The position numbers and the translations under genes are program-made. 64,000 bases of DNA from Leptogorgia sarmentosa (Eukaryota), in contig OZ210885.1 of the NCBI GenBank assembly GCA_964658305.1, forward strand, positions 11,780,001 through 11,844,000. The letters run 5' to 3'. The first letter of the stretch is position 1; each line of letters begins with the position of its first letter. Below are positions 36,393 to 47,953 of this stretch, piece after piece. The notes beneath the pieces were generated by a model that saw only the letters and a list, made by a program, of their open reading frames with translations, made no database searches and was not told where the DNA came from.

Positions 36393-36516
36393 GTCAGGAT
36401 GGCCGAGCGGTCTAAAGCGCCAGACTCAAGTGCAGAAACTTGTCACGACCAACCTTGACATAATAGGGCGTTCTGGTCCACACATGTGGTCGTGGGTTCG
36501 AATCCCACTGCTGACA
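36393..36516 (+). tRNA. trnL-CAA: Intron-containing tRNA-Leu(CAA); D-stem and acceptor mismatches, possibly a pseudogene
   Basis: GTCAGGATGGCCGAGCGGTCTAA...CCAGA CT CAA G | 40-nt intron 36431-36470 | T TCTGG...GGTTCGAATCCCACTGCTGACA. Confidence 0.8.
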
Positions 36517-36656
36517 ACAATTAACAAAAAAATTGAGAACATTTCTTTTCAGAGCTGATCTATTTACACAAATTCGATATCACCAAGGAATGTTTCTGGT
36601 TTTTACTGAAAAATTCCGAAGAAAAAAAATTCTCCATTTAAAAAATCTCATATGTA

Positions 36657-36729
36657 TGTTTCCGCCCAGGTTCGAACTGAGGACCTTGCGCGTGTTAAGC
36701 GCATGTGATAACCCCTACACTACGGAAAC
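36657..36729 (-). tRNA. trnV-AAC: tRNA-Val(AAC)
   Basis: GTTTCCG/CGGAAAC acceptor; TGCGC TT AAC AC GCGCA; AGTTCGAAC. Confidence 0.9.
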
Positions 36730-36843
36730 TGACATATGCGCAACCAAATAGAAGTGGATGTATTCACTTTAATGAAATTTTTTCGTTTTTTACTGAAAAA
36801 TTCCAATGAAAAAAATATCTGCAGTTAACAAAGCTCATATGCA

Positions 36844-36916
36844 TGTTTCCGCCCAGGTTCAAACTGAGGACCTTGCGCGTGTAAGGCGCACGTGATAACC
36901 ACTACACTACGGGAAC
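36844..36916 (-). pseudogene. tRNA-Val(TAC), probable pseudogene
   Basis: TGCGC CT TAC AC GCGCA; acceptor mismatch and TTTGA T-loop. Confidence 0.7.
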
Positions 36917-37462
36917 CGAATTCGAAGAAAATTGCAAAACAGAGACTAAGTTTCGGAGATGTGAAGTCCTTCCAGTGTGATACGCATGCAGTGACCAGTG
37001 CACTACACGAAATGTATACCAAACCCTCAATTTCACCATCGAAAACGCTAACAAGATAACACAATAATAAAATAAACACAGTATTTCCGTTGACCATTCA
37101 AATTTCCCAATGGTATTAAAATCGTTTGATTTTCACTGGGATTATAGAAAAAATTGTAATAACATAATGTATACCTCTTTCACGTATTTGGGTCAGGTAA
37201 ATTCTCAAGGGAAAGAATTAGAACGGGGTGTGGCATGTTGAAGGCAGCAAAGAATAAATGTGGTAGGAAATTCTATGTTTTCATGCGTGTCAGGATGGCC
37301 GAGCGGTCTAATATAAAAATATATTTATTCAGTTTAATTAGATATCTATTATCCGAAATTTGTGGTGCCATTTCGTGGTTCCAATATAATTATTTCCAAA
37401 TAACAAATTTAAAATGAAAGCAGAAACACTTTCCGCCCTCAGTCGCTGAATTATTGATTCCT

Positions 37463-37535
37463 TGTTTCTGCCCAGGATTGAACTGGGGACCTTGCGCGTG
37501 TGAGGCGCACGTTATAACCACTACACTACGGAATC
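37463..37535 (-). pseudogene. tRNA-Val(CAC), probable pseudogene
   Basis: TGCGC CT CAC AC GCGCA; two acceptor mismatches and a D-stem mismatch. Confidence 0.7.
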
Positions 37536-37867
37536 GAATTGGTACAAAATTAAAAAACAGAGACAAAATTCTGGAGAAGAGCATCGATACAACAAAAAAT
37601 TTGAAACAAATTCATTGGAGATGCAGATCCTTGCCAGATTTCAACTGGGGTTCTTGCCGTGTTAGAAGCGTGTAGTAACCAGTGCACTACAAGAAATGTA
37701 TAGCAATCCCTCAATTTCACCCTCCCAAACACTAACAATATAATACAAAAATAACATAAACACAGTATTTCCGATGACCATTGAAAATTCGCAATGGTAT
37801 TAAAACCGTTCGATTTTAACTACAATTGATTGAAAAAGTTCCAATAAATTAACGAGTTAATGAACTA

Positions 37868-37939
37868 GGGCTTGCACGGGAATCGAACCCGTGACCTCTC
37901 GCACCCAAAGCGAGAATCATACCACTAGACCAACAAGCC
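37868..37939 (-). tRNA. trnP-TGG: tRNA-Pro(TGG)
   Basis: GGCTTGTTGGTCTAGTGGTATGATT CTCGC TT TGG GT GCGAG AGGTCACGGGTTCGATTCCCGTGCAAGCCC. Confidence 0.92.
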
Positions 37940-38053
37940 ATTGTTGGCATCAAAATGTTTTCTAATGTGCTTTGTACTGACAGAGAAAAATGGGGGATTA
38001 TTAATGTAATATCTCAGCGGTTCCAAAACATTTTCCATTGTTGCAGCGACGTC

Positions 38054-38128
38054 GCCGTGATCGTATAGTGGTTAGTAGTACATTGCGTTGTGGCCGCAAT
38101 AACCCAGGTTCGAATCCTGGTCACGGCA
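38054..38128 (+). tRNA. trnH-GTG: tRNA-His(GTG) with a 3-nt D-loop duplication
   Basis: GCCGTGATCGTATAGTGGTTAG(TAG)TACA TTGCG TT GTG GC CGCAA ... GGTTCGAATCCTGGTCACGGCA. Confidence 0.8.
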
Positions 38129-39365
38129 TCTGTTTTATACAGCCAAAAGTATTGTAGCTAATTACCATTACGGACGTCGTCACCGTTGAAGTTCTGTTTA
38201 TTATTACATGCTAGAATTCTGTTGGGAGTTTCCCACGCAGGTCCAAATCCTGCTGACTACTTTATGCAAAGTCTAAACATGAATTTTTTTTGGAAACTCG
38301 ATGAGAGGAAGTTCTGTTCTCGGTGGTAGTGGCTGAATGTTTAAAGTGACAGATTCAATGTACAAGTTTTCCATCCACAAAATCAACGGAATGAAGTCTT
38401 GTTTTTATTGTATTAAGGTTATGAAACATGGCAAGAATTATTTTCTATTTGTGTTGCAATTGAAATTGAAATGCAACGAAATAAAAATATTCTGTTGCCC
38501 GTCGGTAAAACAAAAATATATTACAGCCTCCGGCTGAAACGAGTCGCGCCACTGCACTCGTTGGGTGACGAGAGGAGACATGTTAAGAATTAATGTCCGG
38601 AAAGGATATCGCGTGTTGGTTTTCTGTCATTTTTTGGCATTTTGTTTGTTTTTTTTTCAAGCTTTTTTTCTCAGCATTTTGTTGTTAGGGTCAGAATTAC
38701 TGTTTGGGCCTGGATTAGAAAAACAAAAAGAAAAAGAAAAGACCATATTTTCTGTTTAGAGTCAGAATTGGATCAGTGCTTGGTAACCAAGCCGCGAAAT
38801 GATCCCAAAAAAATTTCTGCTTGGGGCACAAGGTCGTGATATTGTTAAACTGGTCTGTTTTCAGAGAATGAGTTTGACGATTTGAACAGAAACTATTTCA
38901 AATTCAAATTTTCAGAAAGAATTCCAATGCTGGGAATCGAACCCGGGCCATGGCGGTAAAAGCGCTGGATTCAAACCAGAGAACCACACCATGGTAGTGA
39001 CAATTTGTGGATCATTTGTTACATGTGAAAAGAAACGTGCAAGTTTTGGCAGAGCCTATTTTTGAATATTTTGTAATGCAGCGAATTTTATTGCCTTTCC
39101 CTTCCACCATCCATGTTGCAATTCAGAGTTAATCGAATCAAATTGATCCAAGAGACAGATTAATGACAAGTTGAGCTTGTTATTTTAATTACTGAGGGGA
39201 CACTAAGGGATAGAAACCAATGCAAAAACGAGGGTAAAATTAGAATATTGTTAATTTTACTTTCTTCCGTTGGGGGTTAAATTATGAATTTTAACAAATA
39301 ATAGAGAGGAAGCATCACGTTTTAAAACTAACGTCAGCTCAAAACAGCCATGAACAACGAAAATT

Positions 39366-39447
39366 TGGCAGCGGTGGGATTCGAACCCACGTCATCGAAA
39401 TGACTGGTGCCTAAAACCAGCGCCTTAGACCACTCGGCCACGCTACC
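39366..39447 (-). tRNA. trnL-TAG: tRNA-Leu(TAG)
   Basis: GGTAGCGTGGCCGAGTGGTCTAAGGCG CTGGT TT TAG GC ACCAG ... GTGGGTTCGAATCCCACCGCTGCCA; 82 nt. Confidence 0.92.
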
Positions 39448-39871
39448 TGTGACGTGCTGACAATATAATTTCTTTTTAGTAAACATCCACATCGTTTGAA
39501 GAGATTCCTTTCGCTATCAACGAAACGTAGAAATGTGAAACAATGGGGAAATATTGTCGTGCTAAGGTTCTGTGGTGTAATGGCTGCAGGTTCTCTTAGC
39601 TGGTAAATAACATAAAATATATATCCCTAGCTATATATTTATATCCCTACCTTGAAGTTAAAAATATTTGAAGATACTTTTGCCTCTTGTATTTACTTTA
39701 TTTTAGTAGTGATTCCAGTCATTCACTACCGGTGAACCAAACACAAATTCGTTTTCATTAATTTTGTCGCTGAAATCGCCGTAGATGCCATCCCAGGCTT
39801 TGCAACTTCAAAAATTTTCTGGGGAAGAATACCCCCATAGCGTGACACCTGCACAAGCACAAGCAGCTTAA

Positions 39872-40026
39872 AACACTACATAGGCAATAGGCATGTCAGC
39901 AAGAACATTTAAAGAGCGATATGGAAACCACATTAAGTCTTTTAACCACAAAAGTTACTCAAATTAAACAAAACTTTCGAAATATATTTGGGGACTAAAA
40001 AATAAAAAGATAGATTTCGACATTAA
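39872..40026 (+). mobile_element. Penelope-like GIY-YIG endonuclease fragment
   Basis: HYIG...RTFKERYGNHIKSFNH...TKLSKYIWGLK, with a stop and a frameshift. Confidence 0.65.
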
Positions 40027-42214
40027 TTTTACGACAAGATTCATGGCGTTCCTAAATACAGTGTTGTTGTGAATTCGTGTCTTGAATTCACCGTATTTGT
40101 ATATAACTGGCCAGTGCCTGACCTCCACTCCATTTATAAGGAACAAAAACGTTCGATTAGGCATTTGGCCATAGAGGAACTATTACGAAGGATTGAGAGC
40201 TCCAGTCTTTGTATGGGGTTACAAGAGGATGAGGATATTATGTCTGTGGCCACTAATCCAACTGGAAATCCTGATGCAAACCCCATCACAATTGTACGCC
40301 ACACTGTGCCCAAGGCCATCAATGTCGAAGAGCCTCATTTTGAAGTAACACTTCAATATCGGTCAGTTGCATGTGACATGCTTGTCGAAAGTTCAGGATC
40401 CTGCAAACCATGTGTGAGTGCCTCAAATGCAGTGAAGCGGGCAGTGAGAAAGAAAAGCAAAGCCTCAGCAATGCCGGCAAAGCCAAAAGCCTCTTTGGAA
40501 GCATGTGGACCAGAGAAGCTGCGGGCAACATTTAAGTCAACACGACTGAAAGTGAAAGATCTCGAGAGTCGCTTGAAAGAACTGCAGAGGAACATTGAGC
40601 AGCGAGGGATTGGGATCAGTGAGGGTTTAGAGAAAGATATCCTTAAAATCATGGGAGGACAAAACCTTGAAGCAACACCCCATATGAAGTTTTTTTGGCA
40701 GGAACAAATGAAGTTGTTGCAATCAGCCAAAATGGGTAGAAGGTACCACCCCCAAGTTATCAGATTTGCACTTTCTATTCATGCAAAATCTCCATCTGCA
40801 TATAGAGAGATACAAGAAAGTGGTGCCCTTATTCTCCCAAGCGAAAGAGTTCTTCGGGACTATAAGAATTATTTTAAGCCCAAAGCTGGCATTAATAAAG
40901 ATAATGTAGAGAGCCTGCGAGAAAAGACATCATCCTTCACTACCGTGCAAAGGTATGTGGCAGTTGTGATGGATGAGATGAAGCTGCAGTCAAACCTGGT
41001 GTTTGATAAAGGATCTGGAGATCTCATTGGTTTCATTGACTTGGGCGACCCAATGACCAACTTTGCCAACCTCACCGATGAGGATCCCATTGCCACCCAT
41101 GCCTTGGCATTTCTTGTGAGGGGATTATGCACTGATTTGAAGCATATCATTGCATATTTCTTCACAGGAAATGTCACATCCTTTCAGATCATGCCTCTCT
41201 TCTGGAGAACTGTATCTGTGCTGGAAGTGTCCCTTAATCTCCGAGTATGTGCTGCTGTCAACGATGGTGCTTCACCCAATCGAAAGTTTTTCCGACTTCA
41301 TTCAAAGTTAGCAGCAAATGTGGGTTGTGATGTTGTGTATAAAACAAGAAACATTTTTGCACCATCACGATTTATTTTCTTCTTTGCTGATTCTCCACAT
41401 CTAATGAAGACAGCCCGTAATTGCCTGTACAATTCCGGATATGGGAGTCGCAGTCGCCTAATGTGGAATGATGGCCAGTATCTTCAGTTTCAACATGTGG
41501 CAGACCTCTTCTACAGTGACCAAGATTTTTCCTTGCATACCCTCCCTAAGCTTACCTTGGACCACATCACACTGACGTCATTCAGCAAGATGAAGGTAAA
41601 ACTAGCAGTCCAGGTACTGAGCAAGTCAGTGGCCATTGCCCTTCAAGAAAGTGGTAAAGAAGATGTGGTCGGTACAGCCAAGTTCTGTGAAATGATGAAC
41701 TCATTCTTTGACTGTACCAATGTCAGATCACTGAATGAGGGCACCAGAAAGAACAATTCGTTCATCGTGCCATATGAGTCTCCAGAAGATGCACGACTAA
41801 CATGTCTTCCTCAACTACCTGGAAAGATGGAAGGAGAGTATCCTGGCACGTGAAGGGGGTTATACCCCTGATGCACAACAGAAAATGTTCATCTCTGCTC
41901 AAACATACGAAGGCCTCAAGATTTCTGTGAACTCACATATAGATGTGATTAAATTCCTGCTCAGTGAGGGATTTAAATATGTCCTCACAGAGAGGTTCAT
42001 GCAGGATGTTCTGGAGGACTACTTTGGACATCAGAGAGAGAAAGGGAGAAGGTCTGAAAATCCAACTGCTCAGCAGTTTGGATACAATGATCTCACGATA
42101 GCTACCCAACGAGACATTGCCCCAGTAATCAGAGGCAATGTTGGCGGACGGTATGAGAAAGTGAAATGGCATCAGGTGAGCGAGGAACCCGTCAAAAAGC
42201 GCAAAAAGAAGTGA
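40027..42214 (+). pseudogene. P-element/THAP9-like transposase, 5'-truncated (no THAP domain) with one frameshift at about 41803
   Basis: LPSERVLRDY, MDEMKL, NDGASPNRKF, DSPHLMKTARNCL, KMKVKLAVQVLS, FFDCTN, QDVLEDYFGHQR...NP. Confidence 0.9.
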
Positions 42215-42726
42215 TATGCAGACAGTTACGTGATACCACAGTGATGATACTGGTAACACAGAATTTTATATATTGGCAGCACAGAGACTGTTCCAATTTT
42301 ACATTTTGGTAGCACAAAAACTGTTAGAATTTTATACATTTTGGTAGCACAAAAACTGTTAGTTTTGGTAGCACAGACAATTTTTTAAACATTTTTTACA
42401 TTACTTTATACATTTCCTGGAAGAGGTTCTTGTATTCTCTGCACTAGAGAATACATTAATTGCCTCAGAGTGACTGGCAACAATGGTGAACTTCTGAAGA
42501 CAAATAGTAAAATTTACAATTGAATATTAGTAATCACAGTGGTTGCCACTTGCACTTCATACACTGTAAAAGTGTAAATTTAAGCCATGTTTGTGTGGTG
42601 TGAACTAATTACAAATTCCCATTTTATCCAAGTTACATTTCTCAAACCATCATTGCATGCATGCATACTGCAATACAATTGTATCTGTATGCAATCAGTG
42701 GCAAAGCCAGCTATTGGCTATACGAT

Positions 42727-42879
42727 CAGTGGCGTAGCCAGCCCGACTATTTGGTCCTGCTATGCAAATTTTTCTATGTTCATAGACCGTAAAAACAATA
42801 TATTTCTAAAGAAATGAATAATGGTAATCATTTGAAACTTGCATAGCAGGACTAAATTGTCGGGCTGGCTTCGCCACTG
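42727..42879. mobile_element. hAT-type MITE
   Basis: TIR CAGTGGCGTAGCCAGCCCGAC / GTCGGGCTGGCTTCGCCACTG; TSD TATACGAT/TATACAAT. Confidence 0.85.
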
Positions 42880-43117
42880 TATACAATACAACTTGTTCTA
42901 GGATTTTAGACTGTAAAACCAATAAGTTTAGAGAAATGCATGAGGGTGATACTTTAAAATTTGTTTAACAGTTCTGAATGTTGAGAGTGATCATGACAAT
43001 TTAATAGTATTTGTAAATAGATAATTATACATTGAACATTTGTTGAAAAATTACATTTTGATAATCTTACTCATTAACCATTTACTTGCATGGTATATCA
43101 GTATATTAATATTTCCT

Positions 43118-43121
<4 letters not shown>

Positions 43122-43207
<86 letters not shown>
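43122..43207. repeat. (TA)n microsatellite
   Basis: About 43 TA units. Confidence 0.98.
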
Positions 43208-43209
<2 letters not shown>

Positions 43210-43277
43210 TAGTTGATAAGGATCATGTACATGTTGATAGAACATACACATTTAATTACAACTGTTCAACATACAGT

Positions 43278-44592
43278 TCAGTCAATTGTTTTGCCTTGTT
43301 TTAAGCCTTTTCGTAATGATTTACTCTTTGTCTGTTTTTCCTTTATCTTGTATTTACTAATATAATCTCTCGCATACGAAAAAGAACGAACACGTACATA
43401 TAGTTTAACAATATTTTCTAAGCACAACTTTTGGGTGGTACTTGACTCTTCTATACCAGACTCTAGTACAATGTTGTCCCACAACGATTTGACGATAGGA
43501 GATTGTAATGTTGACTCGCAGATGATCTCAGCAGGTATATTTCGAATAACTAGCTCACTCTGACCAACATTTTTTCTAAAACAAATCTCTGCTTCTTCCA
43601 CGATGCCCATCAGGTAATGGCTAGGAGATACAAGACCCCCTCTGCTACGAGCAAGAATAAATTTTTCTGTTTCATCTGATTTTAAAGATTGTAACAGTGC
43701 TTGCAAGTCTTCACCACATTCTCCCTTACCCTTAGTTCTGGTCTTATGGTAAAGTTTGGAAACAATATAGCCTGCGATGTAGGAAAGAGGGCCACGTTCT
43801 GATGGGTCAAGTTTAAAATCACTAGCTGTAGTTGTTTCCGTTGATTTGTCTCCTGATCTTGCCTGAATCTTGTAAAATCCGACTAAACGATCTGGTATCT
43901 CTATCATAATTATATTCGCAGCATTGGAATCTGGGCAGTTTAAATATTTGCTCGAATCAAGAGTCAATCCGTAGAACTCTTCAAGCAATTTGTCCTGGTT
44001 TTTCTTTCGACAGAATTTATTGTACAAAGGTAGGACTGCGTCAAACAGAGCTTTGTTACAGGAGGCACTTTTAATGGCGGTATTTGTCGTTGGACCATAC
44101 AGATCTTCGTCAATTAAATTTGTTTTGATTGCCTCTACAATGCCAGCAAGATTTTCAAACGAGAGACCATTCCCGTCTGTAAATTCGTCCGAATCGGGAA
44201 CATCAACTTGTTCGCGGTGCTTAGAATTCTCGTTAAGCCACCTTTCGACTTACATATCTTGTCGCATTTTAGGCAAGGAAATGATTTCTTGCCTTCAATT
44301 TCTGCCACGGCTTCGAGAAACTCAGCGTCTACTTCGTCAGTTTCCGTGTCCAAAATCGCGAGTGATACACTGAGATTAAAGACATCTTCATCGTCTGATT
44401 CTTCGCCCAAAGTTTCGACTTCTATCCGTTCGCCAACATACTCAGGAAAGTCCTGAACGTCGCCAATCTCTGCTTCTTTATCGCTCTCCATGTCTTCTTG
44501 CCTTCACGTGCCTTCGCCGTGTCAAACAACACATATTTTACATATTTTCGAACAGGAAGGCTTATGTTATCAATTGTCACTGTATCCGCCAT
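43278..44592 (-). pseudogene. Convergent partner gene of the P-like transposase: acidic region, C2H2 zinc finger and P-transposase C-terminal-like domain; two frameshifts
   Basis: AATATGGCG start at 44592. FPCLKCDKICKSKGGLTR/NSKH finger broken at about 44228. LSYIAGYIVSKL...SRGGLVSPS...VKLYVRVRSFSYARD. Confidence 0.7.
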
Positions 44593-45562
44593 ATTGAGTT
44601 TCACTATGGCATCCCGCTTATTGATCACGTGACAAAAATAAAATCCGGTTCCCGACATAAATGTCGAAACCCTTTGAAGTTCGCCGGCTAGCCTAACCAT
44701 CCTAGTTCTATTAACTGTGTGTCAATGGACATAAAAACAAAACGCAAATGTGTCGATAGATAATCAGCAAGTAGCAAGGGCCGAAGTACCTGCATCTGTG
44801 AGCTGTCAAACTTGGCACTATATTTATCTAACTAAGCCAAAGATAATACATAGCGACAGGGATTATAAACACGAGATGTAAAATGAAATAAAGTTGGATC
44901 TAATTAACATTTTTCGGGACACTGTATGGACTGACAACTGCATACATACATACAAACTGCTAGTAAATACACATTGTCTGAATGAACATGCCAAACATTT
45001 CTGAAACGAACATGCCACCTTTGCGTCTCCCTTTTGACACAACCAACCGAAGCGCAGTCCGAGTCTCCTTCTGATCTCTATGTGTGACTGCTGGCTACCA
45101 TTTCCGCACTCACGCACCGGTGGTGAAAGAGTGCTACCGGGCAGCTAGGTGAGCGAGCGCATGATAAAAGCGGGGAAGAGAAAGTTCGCCGGCAACGTCG
45201 TCTCCCTGGAAATAAAACAACCACGTTGGTTTCAACCAGTGATATTTGTTAAAATCCCGAGCGCTAAATTCTTCGCATTAAGATTATCACTAAAAAACGT
45301 TTTAAAAAATAAAGACAATAAGATTGTTATAAAACTACTCTTTTGTTGTATCATCTGTGAAGCGATGTATAGTTTTAGTTGATTGAGCCATTCCATGAAA
45401 GAACAAAGCTAGTGATAAAAACTTTGACGACGTGAAATCACGCATGCGCTATAAACTGAAAATTGAATATTACCTTTCGGGCGGCCACGTCCCGTAATCT
45501 TAAGGTCGCTTTTCTCTGTTAAAATATGGCTCGAAATAGCAAGTCAATCGCCTCTGGGCGAA

Positions 45563-45692
45563 GACTTGAAGAATCGAAGACAATAGGACTCGAAGAATCG
45601 AAGACAATGGGACTCGAAGAATCGAAGACAATAAGACTGGAAGAATCGAAGAGTTGAAGAATCGAAGAGTTGAAGAATCGAAGAGTTGAAGA
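45563..45692. repeat. Minisatellite (GAAGAATCGAAGA core; 24-bp and 16-bp units)
   Basis: Directly visible tandem units. Confidence 0.85.
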
Positions 45693-46327
45693 AGTGTTGT
45701 GAATTCCGTACGTGTTCGTCATTCGTTCGTGCATCGTTTTGCCTTGATTTAGGAAGCAGTACTCTTCGTGTTTGTGCCTGTTTGCGGGGCCCTCTAGGGG
45801 GTAACGCTAAGGCGGTGGTCTTTATTTCCAACCTTGCTGCGTGCTTCTGCTGTCAGGTTGAGGTGCTTGACTGAAACCTGACGTCTCAGTTCCTCTTATC
45901 TTTTGTCCGTGTATTGAGAAATTATATCCTCGTTTGCCACGCATAGTGTGGGCCATAGCGTACTCAGTTAACAGTTAATAAGTTGTTTCGAGACTGGGAT
46001 CTCGTTTAAGGTTACATTAGGAGTAACACATAGTATTCTTGTTGAGATGCACGCAGTTTTTTCAGTATTAAAAGTTAGTTTTTATTCCGAGACTGGGATC
46101 TCGTTTAAGCTTACATTAGGATACTTACGCGGATACGAACGTGAGGAAGGCTCTAATCCATCTTACTATAGCTGAGCGTACGTTCAATTTTTGCAACTCG
46201 GCGATTATAGGCTAGTGTGATGATCGATTAAGTCGAATTTACTATAATACGGAAAGAATGCTCCGATTCAAACGGGTAAAAATACTCCAACCTTATTTAT
46301 ACTCCAACCAATATTGAATAACGAATA

Positions 46328-46590
46328 CAGGGTGTCTAAAAAAAAAAACGCAATCCTACGTTCAAACGCAATTTTCATAACGAAAAGAAATAGAAAATAG
46401 GCTATATTTACCATCGTTAGAAAGCTCTATCATTCCGCTTTCTTAAGACTGCTTGTTTGTTAAATTTGAGTTGGAAATGAGCGAGTAATGTTAATTTTTG
46501 TAAGTATGATTGGACAATTTAAAATTTGAGATAGCTCGAATTTTATTTATTTTAGTTAGAATTTTATTTATTTATTTTACATGGCACATT
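46328..46590 (+). mobile_element. Tc1/mariner-type MITE end
   Basis: TA|CAGGGTGTC terminus; a similar terminus (ACACCCTG|TA) occurs at about 2030-2039. Confidence 0.45.
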
Positions 46591-47953
46591 TTAGTAGCAC
46601 TGAACCGTGTGCAATTCGTCTTCTAATTCCTTCCAGCTTAGCCTTATCATTTTTCTTCGTTGTCTCCGCAATGACATTTGAATGTGTGATAAATAAAGCC
46701 CTCTTTTGTCAATAAAGAGTCTCATTGCACGCAGTTTGTGATCTATCCAACGAGTTGCAGTTGATTTAGTTGGCTTCACTTCTTCATTTCCGAATTCATA
46801 GACATCTTTCAATATTTCGTGTAGCGCACGCAGTTCTCTCAATCGTTTACCAGAATTTTGGTAGGTGTAGAACAGATCACGCATTGCGGTATCGATCTCT
46901 TCCATGTCATTTTTGAGGGCATCTTTAATTGCCAATTCAAGGCGATGAGATAAACACCAGAAAAAATTTTTGTGTTCACCGTATTTATGTTGCAGTTGAC
47001 GAATGACTCCTGCTCGAACCCCGGAATTTACCGCTGTTCCATCGGATTAAAAAAACACAATGTTTTGCAACTTCTCCCGGATATCACAATCTTGAAATGC
47101 ACGCGTGATAGCATCTGTAATGCCTTCAGCATCTTGGGACACGACTCATTTCAAGTCAAGGAAAGCAAGATGTGGTTTGAAGTCGTCTGGGTCAACTTTT
47201 GTGTTGAATAATGTCTTTATATGACATCAAAAAATGTCTTCCACAGGTTCTTTCTCAGAAATTATTGGTAGAACAGCCTCTGTATTCTCATGCACTGGCA
47301 CAAAGGCAGATTTTCTTGATGCAATAGGTGCATTTCTTTCTTCGGCCGACACTTTAGATGACTTTGAGGTATTGGATGATGTAGGAGCTGGGGAATTTGT
47401 CAACTTGCTCTCTTAATTTTGTTCTTTAACTCTTTCTCGTAGAGGGACTTTGAAGCGTAGTGAATAAAAAGTTTGCACGCTATATCATTCTCGTATGCAC
47501 ATGACTGAAGAAACTCAACTCCATGCAACTTTTCAAGCTCTATCAACTCAGTGAAATCAGAATATGGGCGTGCCTTGAAAGCAATTAAATATGCAATATC
47601 AAAGATTTTCTTCAGCGCACATTTTTTGTCTTCGCTTAACCGAGCCATATTGTTGATTGCTTGGAGGATACCAGAGTCACTTGGTGGTTTTCTTGAACTA
47701 CACGAGCTCTCCTATTCTCCGCCCTCGCTTGTTCTTCTTCTTCTAATTGTAGAGCATGTTTATGCAACTTGCTCTTAGCATGTTCATTAACAGCAGAAGA
47801 TTTCAATTTTTTTGATCCAGTAATAAACGCATTTGATGCAGATACTTTTGACTTCCATTTGACACAAACATCGCACGTCAAAGTAGTCTTAGTATAATCT
47901 ATTCTTAGAAATACATTGTTTTCTTTCCAAGACTCGAAAGTTTTCGTTTTCAA
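46591..47953 (-). pseudogene. ZNF862-like hAT transposase pseudogene
   Basis: TTF-like CDVC...FITGS...EHAKSKLH; AYLIAFKARPYSDF.ELIELE; CLSHRLELAIKDAL; TRWIDHK. Fragmented. Confidence 0.8.

Noticed and set aside
38590..38825. Repeat with a GCTTGGTAACCAAGC palindrome, related to about 24075-24190 and 6200-6400, possibly Helitron-like
   Set aside because: Boundaries and diagnostic termini could not be defined by eye.
38922..38985. Glu-body tRNA with a TTT anticodon (possible recoding tRNA)
   Set aside because: The 5' end and D-arm are missing and the stems are mismatched; it is a decayed pseudogene.
43051..43251. IY-repeat ORF
   Set aside because: Translation of the (TA)n microsatellite.
45563..45692. 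CRISPR array or repeat-protein ORFs (45519-45734, 45544-45831)
   Set aside because: Simple minisatellite; the ORFs are by-products.
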